This document shows positions 8,237-16,356 of a DNA stretch of 20,012 bases, piece after piece. The position numbers were made by a program, and so were the translations under genes. The notes under the pieces are model-generated. The model was not told where the DNA came from, did not search any database, and worked only from the letters and a program-made list of their open reading frames with translations. The stretch lies in the IMG/VR virus record IMGVR_UViG_3300032321_001470; one strand, written 5' to 3'. This stretch comes from an uncultured virus (IMG/VR IMGVR_UViG_3300032321_001470) (taxonomy: Duplodnaviria > Heunggongvirae > Uroviricota > Caudoviricetes). Position 1 is the stretch's first letter. Each line of letters opens with the position of its first letter.

Positions 8237-8268
8237 AATCCCGCCCTTCGGGGCGGGGTTTTTGTTTT
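8237..8268 (+). terminator. intrinsic terminator
   Basis: AATCCCGCCC-TTCG-GGGCGGGGTT followed by a T-run. Confidence 0.85.
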
Positions 8269-8371
8269 ACTCCAAGTAGCTCCGGCTACTTGGAATCGAA
8301 CATTTGACTTGCGCTAGGTTGTGCCTTACAATCCTAGTACGGCAGTTGCCGTGAGGACAAAGGAGGACGAA

Positions 8372-8677
8372 ATGGCAGCGAGTTTCGACAAGGTTGAGGA
8401 GTACCTAGAAAATGCGAAGGGTATCGCGTTTGATACCTGCCACAAGATCTATGTCTTGATGGACGACGAGCAGATGGAAATGATGAAGGGATACGGCTAC
8501 GACCCGCTGATTTCCGCAGATGATTCCACCGCAAATGAAATGCTCACGACCATTATGGATTGGTATGAGGATTCTTGCGGCTTGCGATTTGTTCAGGCGG
8601 TTTACACAAACAACGACGACCCAAATGAAGGATTCGTTTCCTTGATTGAGCAGGGCGCGGAGTGGGAGGCAGAATGA
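8372..8677 (+). CDS. acidic hypothetical protein
   Basis: AAGGAGG RBS; AFDTCHKIYVL and SCGLRFV motifs. Confidence 0.8.
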   Translation: MAASFDKVEEYLENAKGIAFDTCHKIYVLMDDEQMEMMKGYGYDPLISADDSTANEMLTTIMDWYEDSCGLRFVQAVYTNNDDPNEGFVSLIEQGAEWEAE

Positions 8678-8841
8678 GTAAGTGGATTGTCGTATTACAG
8701 AACACAGGCTATCGGGAGTTTGAGGTAGAAGCCGATAGCAAAGAGGAGGCAGAGAAGAAGGCGTGGGCTGCTTCCGAGGAACCCGCTCCGTGGGATACGA
8801 CCCCAGAAACAATCGTATGGAGTACGGAGGAGTTGGTATGA
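8674..8841 (+). CDS. 55-aa acidic protein (VEADSKEEA motif; below ORF-track cutoff)
   Basis: MSKWIVVLQNTGYREFEVEADSKEEAEKKAWAASEEPAPWDTTPETIVWSTEELV; ATGA overlaps at both ends; GGAGG RBS. Confidence 0.75.
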   Translation: MSKWIVVLQNTGYREFEVEADSKEEAEKKAWAASEEPAPWDTTPETIVWSTEELV

Positions 8842-9308
8842 GCGGGCAAATGGACAAATGCGTTCGCTGCTCCACGATGGTCTTCTACGCCGACGAGAAG
8901 GTCATCGGCACTTGGAATGGTATGCCGTACACGCGATTCGATACGCTCGACTTTGAGCAGTATGATGGGGGCGTGCCAGACGGCTATCTGGTTTACTGCT
9001 TGGACTGCGCTCCTTGCGAGTGTGAGTTTCACCCGCCGTTTATGTCGGACAAGGAAGCCGTAGCCGATGGTTGGTGCTTCCGCGCTGATTGTGAGTTTGC
9101 TCTCAATCGCGATGGCGACGCTAACTGGCATCGCCACTACAACGACATTCCGCGTGAGTCCGCGAGTGAATGTCTGTGCCGAGATGTTGATTATGCGCCG
9201 TGCGGGTTATGCGACCCAGACGAGGGCGTGGACACGGGCGACAACCCAGAAGGCTGCTCTGCTCCTGTCTGTATGGCGTGTGGTTATACAACAAACCAGA
9301 TTTACTAG
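8838..9308 (+). CDS. Cys-rich hypothetical protein
   Basis: Start MSGQMDKC with GGAGGAG RBS; several CxxC/CxC motifs. Confidence 0.7.
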   Translation: MSGQMDKCVRCSTMVFYADEKVIGTWNGMPYTRFDTLDFEQYDGGVPDGYLVYCLDCAPCECEFHPPFMSDKEAVADGWCFRADCEFALNRDGDANWHRHYNDIPRESASECLCRDVDYAPCGLCDPDEGVDTGDNPEGCSAPVCMACGYTTNQIY

Positions 9309-9435
9309 GCGCATTTATTAGTTCGCCTCCAATGAGCTCCGGCTCATTGGACTAGAACCCGCTTGACGGATTGCCAAGCGTGGTCTTACAATAAGCAGGT
9401 CGGGGCTTCCCGATAAGAGGACATAAGGAGGCTGT

Positions 9436-9984
9436 ATGCCACTAAGTTGGTTCGTGGGAAACATCAAGGACGCGGATGATGTCTGTTGGCTCACCGCAAC
9501 AAAGAGCAGCGTGATGGATGGACGCGTGCGCGGCGAGGAGTACCTCAGCCCAATCACGAACTCCTTCATCTGGGCAACGATGACGATTGGACTAAACGAA
9601 ATCACCGAAGCCAATGTGGATGAGTGGGAGCAGCGACTCGCGCTCGCATACGAAATCGGTTGGCTCTCAAAGATGACCGTATGGAACGGCAACGAGCCAG
9701 ATGGCGATAAGAACGCAGATTGCTTTGAGGCTCGCCCCCTGACGCGTGCCGACATCGTTCGGCACATCGGACTCTCAACAAACGCCTCTTACGAGTCGCC
9801 GACGGCTTGGCGCAAGCGCGTTGTTGAGCGTATGACTGAGGAAGGTTTGCGCGAGGCAAAGCACGCTGAGAAGCGCAACGCCGAACTTGACGCAATCTGG
9901 ATGAAGGAAGGCAACGAGTTGCGAGATGAGATTCGCAGCGGCAAGACAACCAAAGAAGAAGCAGCAAAGGTGGTGGTAGCGTGA
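9436..9984 (+). CDS. hypothetical protein
   Basis: TAAGGAGG RBS; 182 aa; first gene of its cassette. Confidence 0.8.
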   Translation: MPLSWFVGNIKDADDVCWLTATKSSVMDGRVRGEEYLSPITNSFIWATMTIGLNEITEANVDEWEQRLALAYEIGWLSKMTVWNGNEPDGDKNADCFEARPLTRADIVRHIGLSTNASYESPTAWRKRVVERMTEEGLREAKHAEKRNAELDAIWMKEGNELRDEIRSGKTTKEEAAKVVVA

Positions 9985-10457
9985 AGAACTGGAAAGCATA
10001 CGAACTAGTCGTCAAGCGAAAGAAGGTTGCTGATCAGTCCGATGAGAGGGTTGAGCAGCCAGCCGTGGCAGCGAAGATGTTCAGAGATTTCGCAAAGGAC
10101 TCCAATCAGGAGTCGCTGTTTGTGATGGTGCTTGGGGGAAGAAATAACCTCATTGGGATTGAGCAGGTCTATGTCGGTACGGCGACAGGCACAAGCGTTC
10201 GGGTCAATGAGGTGTTCCGCTCTTGTATCCTGACTGGCGGTCAGGGCATCGTGGTTGTTCACAATCACCCAAGCGGCGATCACGCCCCATCTGACGAGGA
10301 TAAGAAACTGACTGAGGACTTGATTCGCGGAGCGCGACTCTTGGACATTGAGTTCTTGGATCATCTTGTTATTTCATCGGAGGGATACACCAGTATCCGC
10401 TCTAATGTTCCAAACATCTGGGCGATTGACTTGGAGCAAAGCGAAGTTATCGTGTAG
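9981..10457 (+). CDS. radC: RadC-like JAB domain protein (stand-alone)
   Basis: QESLFV...VVHNHPSGDHAPSDED...IEFLDHLVI JAB motif; GTGA coupling. Confidence 0.9.
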   Translation: MKNWKAYELVVKRKKVADQSDERVEQPAVAAKMFRDFAKDSNQESLFVMVLGGRNNLIGIEQVYVGTATGTSVRVNEVFRSCILTGGQGIVVVHNHPSGDHAPSDEDKKLTEDLIRGARLLDIEFLDHLVISSEGYTSIRSNVPNIWAIDLEQSEVIV

Positions 10458-10479
10458 TCATTGGGTTATCTAAACAACT

Positions 10480-10504
10480 AACCGCCTTCGGGCGGTTTTT
10501 TGTT
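10480..10504 (+). terminator. intrinsic terminator
   Basis: AACCGCC-TTCG-GGCGGTT followed by a T-run. Confidence 0.85.
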
Positions 10505-10610
10505 GTACCCAAGATAGCTCCGGCTATCTTGGCTAGAACCTATTGACGGGCGGCGAGCAGTACCTTACAATGACCTTACCCTGATTGGGGTGTGGAATAA
10601 GGAGGACGAA

Positions 10611-11060
10611 ATGGGCTACGACATTTACTCATTGCGAGAGAATCGTGAACTGGCGGCGGCGCACGCGAAGAAGCACCGCTCAATGTGGATTGAGGCAGAC
10701 GGCTCTTACGCGGAGAAAGCACCCAGCGCGGTCTATTTCCGACTGAACATTTGGGGTATGGGCTACCTGCGCGCTTTCCACGAGGAGATTGGATTCCCAG
10801 AGGTCAATGAGAATCTGTACGATAACAGCGGGAACATCATCAAGGACTATGAGTGCGAAGAACTACACAATGCCATCTCCGAGTTGAGTGAAGAAAAAAT
10901 CAAGGAGATTATTACTGGTATTCTTCTTGCCAGCCCTTACACGGACGATAAGACGAAGGCTGACCCAGATGAGGAGGCTACGGCTTGGGTTGCGATTGTT
11001 GAGGAGTGGCGAGAGTTTCTAGGTCTTTGCCGAACCCTGAAAGGGTGCGAAGTCCTATGA
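10611..11060 (+). CDS. hypothetical protein
   Basis: TAAGGAGG RBS; MGYDIY...YFRLNIWGM...WREFL. Confidence 0.8.
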   Translation: MGYDIYSLRENRELAAAHAKKHRSMWIEADGSYAEKAPSAVYFRLNIWGMGYLRAFHEEIGFPEVNENLYDNSGNIIKDYECEELHNAISELSEEKIKEIITGILLASPYTDDKTKADPDEEATAWVAIVEEWREFLGLCRTLKGCEVL

Positions 11061-11269
11061 GCGAATACTTTGAGATTCCGATTGGAGATTCGCAGTTAGT
11101 CCGCAAGTGCGACTGCCCAGACAATCTGCGCGAGGCGCATTGGCTCTGGTCTGATTGCGAGAAGGAAGGGCACGATGAAGGCTGCTTCGTCGTGTGGTGT
11201 CGTCATTGCGACCTCTATTCAAGTGATTGCGAAGAAGATTGGAAGTTAGTGCCAGACGACTGGAAGTAA
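11057..11269 (+). CDS. small Cys/His-rich protein
   Basis: ATGA overlap; MSEYFEIP...KCDC...WCRHC. Confidence 0.65.
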   Translation: MSEYFEIPIGDSQLVRKCDCPDNLREAHWLWSDCEKEGHDEGCFVVWCRHCDLYSSDCEEDWKLVPDDWK

Positions 11270-11391
11270 GTCGTTATGGTTCAGCCCCAAGTGGCCGCGG
11301 CCACTTGGGCTAGAACCCACTTGACGGCTGGGCAGAGATGACTCTATAATGGGCTTGCCCCACTTGGGGTGCTGTGAACAAGGAGGACGAA

Positions 11392-11676
11392 ATGGCAAAG
11401 AGCATCAAGCGCGCAGAGGCAGCAGAGATGATTCGCCAGAGCAATGGCGCAATCTTCGGCGTGGACTTCATCAAGCGAACCACAGGAGAACTTCGCAAGA
11501 TGACGGCGCGTATCGGCGTGAAGAAGCACCTCAAAGGCGGCGTTGCTGCCTATGACGCGGCGGCGAAAGACCTTATCTTCGTCTACGACATTACCGCCGA
11601 GGGCTATCGCTCCATCGCCCTTGACGCAATCACCGCGCTTCGCATCGGCGGCGAGCAGTACGAGGTGAAGGCGTAA
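11392..11676 (+). CDS. Sm-like/SH3 beta-barrel protein (WYL_2/DUF2693-like)
   Basis: FGVDFIKRTTGELRKMTAR...LIFVYDITAEGYRSI pattern; AAGGAGG RBS. Confidence 0.7.
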   Translation: MAKSIKRAEAAEMIRQSNGAIFGVDFIKRTTGELRKMTARIGVKKHLKGGVAAYDAAAKDLIFVYDITAEGYRSIALDAITALRIGGEQYEVKA

Positions 11677-11682
11677 ATAAAT

Positions 11683-11888
11683 CCGCGCCGTGTAGAGGAC
11701 GGCTAGTTGGCAGATTGACGAACTGCCCGCGACGATAAGGTCTGGCTCTTGGGCTCCTAACCAGAGAGGGTAGAGTCAGCAGCAACTAGGCGAGAGCCGA
11801 AGGTTGCCTCCGCAAGGGGATAAGCGTCATAGCGGCGATACGCGGGGAGTCGTGCCAGATGTGGTGTCTGGCACGGCTCCCCTTTATT
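11683..11888 (+). ncRNA. candidate structured RNA downstream of the Sm-like gene
   Basis: Nested stems CTAGTTG/CAACTAG, GGCAG/CTGCC and CTGGCTCT/AGAGTCAG; GNRA hairpins GGC-GAGA-GCC and CTCC-GCAA-GGGG; terminator hairpin at 11844-11888; no ORF with an RBS. Confidence 0.5.
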
Positions 11889-11996
11889 GTTTCCGCTCAA
11901 ACAGCCGCGGCTGTTTGAGTTAGAACTTGACGGCTGGTCAATCATCATTTAGACTTGCTCCACGCCAACTTGGGCGAGGCTACGAAGGAGGACACG

Positions 11997-12206
11997 ATGG
12001 CAAAGAAGCACAGCGCGGACTTTACGCTCACGGACGGCGGCTCGGTCTGCCTACTCACGCCAACGACACGCGAGGCACGCGGCTGGCTTGACGAGAACAT
12101 CGGCGAGGACGCGATGTATCTCGGTCGCGGTCTTGCGATTGAGCGTCAGTATGTTCAGCAGATTCTAGATGGGATTCAGGCTGACGGATTTGAGGTGGCA
12201 GTCTAA
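11997..12206 (+). CDS. hypothetical protein
   Basis: GAAGGAGG RBS; MAKKHSADF... Confidence 0.8.
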   Translation: MAKKHSADFTLTDGGSVCLLTPTTREARGWLDENIGEDAMYLGRGLAIERQYVQQILDGIQADGFEVAV

Positions 12207-12415
12207 TGGACGAGAATAAGGTTTACCTCTGCCAAGTCTGCGAGAACGGAGAGGGCGTTTGGTGGGCGGACAATAACGCCGACAAGTTTGCGCGGTGGTA
12301 CTGCGAGAACTGCGAGGAGATTCGCTCCGAGAGGTGGGGCTGCGCGATGCTTATTGCCGAAGGCGCGACCTGCGAAGACGGCATCTGCGGCTGCGGCGGA
12401 ACGGGGGTCTACTAA
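12206..12415 (+). CDS. small Cys-rich protein
   Basis: TAATG coupling; CQVC, CENC and CEDGICGC. Confidence 0.7.
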   Translation: MDENKVYLCQVCENGEGVWWADNNADKFARWYCENCEEIRSERWGCAMLIAEGATCEDGICGCGGTGVY

Positions 12416-12549
12416 TGAGTACGATGGTTTGGTGCGACGACTGCGAGCGCAATGAGGTTGTCTGCGAGTGTGTTGTGAACGACGACAGGGAGAACGGCTG
12501 CTACGAGTTTGAGCAGTTTCAGAACTGCGAGCACCCGCAAGAGAGTTAG
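12415..12549 (+). CDS. 44-aa Cys-rich acidic protein
   Basis: TAATG coupling; MSTMVWCDDCERNEVVCECVVNDDRENGCYEFEQFQNCEHPQES. Confidence 0.6.
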   Translation: MSTMVWCDDCERNEVVCECVVNDDRENGCYEFEQFQNCEHPQES

Positions 12550-12712
12550 TTATTTGGCTCCTTGTTCTTTGAGTTTATTATTGTGGCAGCCCGAAGTGCA
12601 GCTGCACTTCGGGATAGAACTGTCAAGGGGGCGGCTGGTGGATAAAAAAGATTCATAAAGAATCTTTGGGAAAGTGCTTGACAAGACCCCAGACGAGGTG
12701 AGATACTCCCTA

Positions 12713-12939
12713 TGTCGGAAGCGATCCTAGGATAAGCAACCGACTGGGTGAGACTCTGGACGAGCGAGCAGATGCCGCAGCCAAGAAATGCGGGGATAGA
12801 GACGCAAAGGACGATGACCGCTAGGAGCCAATGTATCGGCGGAGCGGAAGGAAAAGGAGTCTGGGGAAGTGATTAGCCCCAGACAACGAATCCGAGGAAA
12901 GACCTCTCAGGGCGACGGCTCTGGGGGGTCTTTCTATTT
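12713..12939 (+). ncRNA. candidate stand-alone small RNA (about 225 nt) with its own promoter and terminator
   Basis: Promoter TTGACA(12678)-N18-GATACT; several hairpins; terminator GAAAGACCTCTCAGGG...CTCTGGGGGGTCTTTC-TATTT; no convincing ORF. Confidence 0.6.
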
Positions 12940-13052
12940 GTTCGGCTCATCTTTGCTCCGGCAAAGATGAGTAGAACCCGCTTGACGGCTGATGATGTTT
13001 GTGCGTACAATGGTGCTACCCCGATTGGGGTGGCTAGTGAAGGAGGCAAACG

Positions 13053-13310
13053 ATGGGATACCTACAAGGGTCAATGACGATGTGCGGCAACGGCGACTGC
13101 TACTACGACCAATGCGAGTGCGAGATTCACGACCACGAAATGGTTCAGGAGTGCGAGGGCGAGGAGGCTCTCGGTCTGGACAAGCGTTGTCCGTTTGAGG
13201 GCAAGACGCGCTCGTTCGCTTACGGCTGGAACGGCTACGAGAACGCCTACGAGCATAAGCAATCGCTATGCGATGATTGCTACGACGCGCTCCAAAGCGT
13301 GGTCGTATGA
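13053..13310 (+). CDS. small Cys-rich acidic protein
   Basis: GAAGGAGG RBS; multiple Cys clusters, LCDDCY. Confidence 0.75.
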   Translation: MGYLQGSMTMCGNGDCYYDQCECEIHDHEMVQECEGEEALGLDKRCPFEGKTRSFAYGWNGYENAYEHKQSLCDDCYDALQSVVV

Positions 13311-13384
13311 TTGTTGAGTACGCCATATTCTACGGGCTGCTCCTGCTGCTAACGCTGTACGGACTCGCGCTCGTAAGCAAGTAG
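13307..13384 (+). CDS. 25-aa putative membrane peptide
   Basis: MIVEYAIFYGLLLLLTLYGLALVSK; ATGA overlap with the upstream stop. Confidence 0.5.
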   Translation: MIVEYAIFYGLLLLLTLYGLALVSK

Positions 13385-13502
13385 TCGTTATTGTGGCGGC
13401 GCAAGGAGCCGAGGCTCCTTGCGGTGGAACTTGACAGGCGCAGAACTTATCGCGTATAATCGTGTAGTCGGGAACTCCCGATAGTTGCGAGTAGGAGGAC
13501 TT

Positions 13503-13766
13503 ATGGACAGCAAGATTCGGGCGTGGACTTACGAGGGGTCGTTCCATTGCGTAGCGTGCGCCACGGCGCGATTCGGCGACGCACTTGACGATGGGCAGAC
13601 AACTGACCGCGAGGGCAACACCCTCGGTCCTGTCTTTGAGTGGGACGAGGTGAATCTCTGCGGCGACACTTGCGGCACCTGCCTCAACTGGGCAGTAGAG
13701 CCAGAGGCGCACGAGCCAGCCAGTTGTTTATTCGGCGCAGATTGTCGCCAGTTTGAGTTCGCATAG
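13503..13766 (+). CDS. small zinc-binding protein
   Basis: TAGGAGG RBS; HCVAC and CGDTCGTC. Confidence 0.75.
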   Translation: MDSKIRAWTYEGSFHCVACATARFGDALDDGQTTDREGNTLGPVFEWDEVNLCGDTCGTCLNWAVEPEAHEPASCLFGADCRQFEFA

Positions 13767-13813
13767 CGGACTAATGTCTACGAGGTGGCGGCAGCCTCCA
13801 CCACCTCTTCCCC

Positions 13814-13855
13814 AAGCGGGCTAGTTGATCGCAGCCAACTAGCCCGCTTTTTGTT
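13814..13855 (+). terminator. intrinsic terminator
   Basis: AAGCGGGCTAGTTG...CAACTAGCCCGCTT followed by a T-run. Confidence 0.85.
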
Positions 13856-13963
13856 ATGCCCCAAGTAGCAGCGGCTACTTGGGCTAGAACCCGCTTGACA
13901 GGCTGGGAAAGTTCACATTACAATGGGCGTAGCCCAGTTGGGTTGAGAAGACAGGAGGCTAGA

Positions 13964-14305
13964 ATGTTCAGAGCATTTGCAATCTCACTCACGAACAGCG
14001 ACTTCTACCAGTTCTACTGCTCGCAGGGCGAAGTGTGCAGCAAGTGCCCAGTCTGGTATCTCCGACCAGAAGTTCGGAGCCGCGTTGAGCCGCACGCCAT
14101 CAAGATTGAACTCATCTATGGAGATACGATGGACGGCGTTGCGATCCCAGACGAGTCGCACGAAACCGAACTTGATGGAACTTACGACAGGTTCCAGTAC
14201 GCGATCGTTCACTGGCGCAATGATGGATTCATTGACTTCGTTGTCTTTGATTCAACTGAAGCCGCGCAGCGCGAGATGCAAGACATTGTGAGCGTCTTCG
14301 CCTAA
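13964..14305 (+). CDS. hypothetical protein
   Basis: CAGGAGG RBS before ATG 13964. Confidence 0.75.
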   Translation: MFRAFAISLTNSDFYQFYCSQGEVCSKCPVWYLRPEVRSRVEPHAIKIELIYGDTMDGVAIPDESHETELDGTYDRFQYAIVHWRNDGFIDFVVFDSTEAAQREMQDIVSVFA

Positions 14306-14435
14306 ACCCGCGATAAATTAGTTCAGCCCCTAATGGCTCCGGCCATTAGGGATAGAACGCGCTTGACAGGCTGGCAGTTTATCCCTTAGTATTCAGAGGT
14401 CGGGGCTTCCCGATGAAGAAAGAGGAGGCTAGAAA

Positions 14436-14843
14436 ATGGGTAAGGCAATCAAATTCGGAGTCGGCAAGTTTGAGGACGCAACGCCAAACGGCGCACTCTT
14501 CAACTGGGTTGAGGTGGTGGACTTCAACGATGACGGCAGCACGCTCAAAGAGATTTACCGCGTGGGCGAGTTTGACATCACCGAGGTCGCGGTTTCTGGC
14601 AAGTACGGCGCGACGAGTGTGGTGCTCTGGTGCGATGAGGAGGGGCTTTTCAATGAGCCAGTCGTTCGCAATCAGGCGGCAACATCGCTGCGAAATGAGA
14701 TTCTCGGCGGGAACTTTGACGGCATCTATGGCAACTGCGTATTGACCGCAGAGGACAAGGACGGGCAGACGCTCGCCCTCAATGATGAGCAGGTGGAAGA
14801 AATCCGCACGCTGCTAGAACTGGGCGGCTACCCTATCGCGTAA
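14436..14843 (+). CDS. DUF3846-like protein
   Basis: LWCDEEGLF...NQAATSL...IYGNCVLT pattern; GAGGAGG RBS. Confidence 0.7.
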   Translation: MGKAIKFGVGKFEDATPNGALFNWVEVVDFNDDGSTLKEIYRVGEFDITEVAVSGKYGATSVVLWCDEEGLFNEPVVRNQAATSLRNEILGGNFDGIYGNCVLTAEDKDGQTLALNDEQVEEIRTLLELGGYPIA

Positions 14844-14866
14844 AGTTTCGCAGCTGCGAGAACATC

Positions 14867-14891
14867 AACGAGGGGTGCGCCCCTCGTTTTT
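14867..14891 (+). terminator. intrinsic terminator
   Basis: AACGAGGGG-TGCG-CCCCTCGTT followed by a T-run. Confidence 0.8.
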
Positions 14892-15004
14892 GTTTGCCTC
14901 CAATCTGCCTCGGCAGATTGGACTAGAACCACTTGACGGCAGGCAGAAGATGACTCTATAATGGCAGCAGCCCACTTGGGCTGGCTAGGAATAGGAGGCT
15001 ACAA

Positions 15005-15214
15005 ATGGCAACGATGGAAGACTTGGACTACGCCCCCTGCGAGCAGTGCGGCGATGGTATGAGCGAAACACTCGTCCAGAACGGCAAGCCACTTTGCGAG
15101 AGGTGCCACAACAAAATCAACTGCGGGTGCGAAACCTGCACTTGTGAGGAGTGCGGCGAGGTTCACGAGGCTGACCTAGCAAACGAGAGCGACTATCGGG
15201 AGGTAGGGAAATAA
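15005..15214 (+). CDS. small Cys-rich protein
   Basis: TAGGAGG RBS; CEQC, CERC and CGCETCTCEEC. Confidence 0.75.
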   Translation: MATMEDLDYAPCEQCGDGMSETLVQNGKPLCERCHNKINCGCETCTCEECGEVHEADLANESDYREVGK

Positions 15215-15435
15215 TGAACGAGAACACTTGGATTCAGATTCACACAAATGGCGCAAGCACGACCTTTGCCCGTTGGTATGAAGGGCAAGACGCGGAAGGA
15301 GATACGGTCTTTGTCTTTGAGAAGATGGCGACCGACTTTGTGAATAGCATCGTTGAGGTGTTCGGCGTTGAGGAGTTCGGCAGCGCGGAAGGCGCAACTA
15401 ATCGCCTACAAGAAGCCGTCGCGCTTGCGCGATAA
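15214..15435 (+). CDS. acidic hypothetical protein
   Basis: TAATG coupling; GGAGGT RBS. Confidence 0.7.
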   Translation: MNENTWIQIHTNGASTTFARWYEGQDAEGDTVFVFEKMATDFVNSIVEVFGVEEFGSAEGATNRLQEAVALAR

Positions 15436-15478
15436 CTAGATGCTCACAACGGGGAACTAGCCCCTCGGAGTGAAACAA

Positions 15479-15504
15479 TAAGCCCCGCTTCGGCGGGGTT
15501 TATT
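15479..15504 (+). terminator. intrinsic terminator
   Basis: AAGCCCCGC-TTCG-GCGGGGTTT followed by ATT. Confidence 0.8.
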
Positions 15505-15614
15505 GTTATGGCTCAAGGAGCCGAGGCTCCTTGAGATAGAACGCTTGACAAGCAGCCAGAAGTTGGCGTACTATTGTCTTGCGGCACTTGCCGTGGCGAA
15601 CGAAGGAGGCAACA

Positions 15615-15887
15615 ATGTTCGGTATCGCAGCGACCTATGTCACGAAGTTCATCAGCACCCCAGGTCACGGCTACCTCGTGTCTACGAAGGCAATGCTCCG
15701 CGAACTCGGCATCGCGGATAAGATTAGCAACTGCTCGTATGAGCGCAACGGCAGCGTCTACCTTGAGGAAGATGTTGATGCGCCGCTATTCCTCGCCGCA
15801 ATGGAGAAGGCGGGCTTCACGGTTTCGTACAACTCGGTGAGCGTGAACGACGACTACACCGCAAAGATGGAGTATTACTCGGCGTAA
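15615..15887 (+). CDS. conserved phage protein (PGHGYL...YLEED motif)
   Basis: GAAGGAGG RBS; STPGHGYL, ISNCSY and VYLEEDVD motifs seen in uncharacterised phage proteins (from memory). Confidence 0.75.
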   Translation: MFGIAATYVTKFISTPGHGYLVSTKAMLRELGIADKISNCSYERNGSVYLEEDVDAPLFLAAMEKAGFTVSYNSVSVNDDYTAKMEYYSA

Positions 15888-16020
15888 ACTCCTCGCCGCT
15901 CAGTATTAGTTCGGCTCTAGGTAGCCGCGGCTACCTAGACTAGAACGCTTGACAGCGCGCAGAATCTCACTCTATAATGGCAGCAGCCCACTTGGGCGAG
16001 GCTAATAAGGAGGCTAGACA

Positions 16021-16338
16021 ATGAGCGGACAATACAACGGCTGGAGCAACTACGAAACTTGGTTGGCGGCGTTGTGGATTGGCGAGGGCTACGCGGGGGG
16101 CAGTGATTACGTTTCGGAGATTGCCGCCGAGATTCTTACGGACAACGAGGGCGACAGCGACGAAGCCGCCGACACTCTCGCGGACACCTTGCGCAACGAC
16201 ATTGACGAAACTTGGACAACGAGGGCGGCAGGTCTTGAGGCAGACCTATTGCGTGCCGCGGTTGAGGCAATCAACTGGCACGAAATCGCACGCACCTATG
16301 TAGATGACGCGAAAGCCGAGGCAAAGGCAGAAGCATAA
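16021..16338 (+). CDS. acidic conserved phage protein (YNGWSNYETW motif)
   Basis: TAAGGAGG RBS; N-terminal YNGWSNYETW and C-terminal INWHEIA; very D/E-rich. Confidence 0.8.
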   Translation: MSGQYNGWSNYETWLAALWIGEGYAGGSDYVSEIAAEILTDNEGDSDEAADTLADTLRNDIDETWTTRAAGLEADLLRAAVEAINWHEIARTYVDDAKAEAKAEA

Positions 16339-16356
16339 ACACACCAGAACAGAAGC

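Larger units (their letters stand above)
6184..15978 (+). promoter_or_regulatory. series of 15 near-consensus sigma70 promoters, one per cassette
   Basis: -35 TTGAC(A/G/T) at 6184, 7182, 8304, 9363, 10543, 11321, 11927, 12678, 12982, 13431, 13895, 14363, 14933, 15545 and 15949. The -10 is mostly TACAAT/TATAAT with a 17-18 bp spacer, usually 18. Confidence 0.9.

Noticed and set aside
12621..12683. Divergent promoter from the reverse TTGACA at 12621-12626
   Set aside because: There is no -10 box at 17-18 bp on the minus strand, where that position falls in the palindrome. It may only be part of a TGTCAAG...CTTGACA inverted repeat.
11683..12939. Known self-cleaving ribozyme, tmRNA, RNase P or 6S RNA in the two ncRNA candidates
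   Set aside because: I could not find hammerhead (CUGANGA/GAAA), twister or pistol cores, or tRNA-like ends, by eye. An Rfam search is needed.
6146..15946. Boundary palindromes as intrinsic terminators
   Set aside because: There is no U-tract after them on +, and in many cassettes a proper terminator sits immediately upstream. A role in stopping antisense transcripts cannot be fully excluded.
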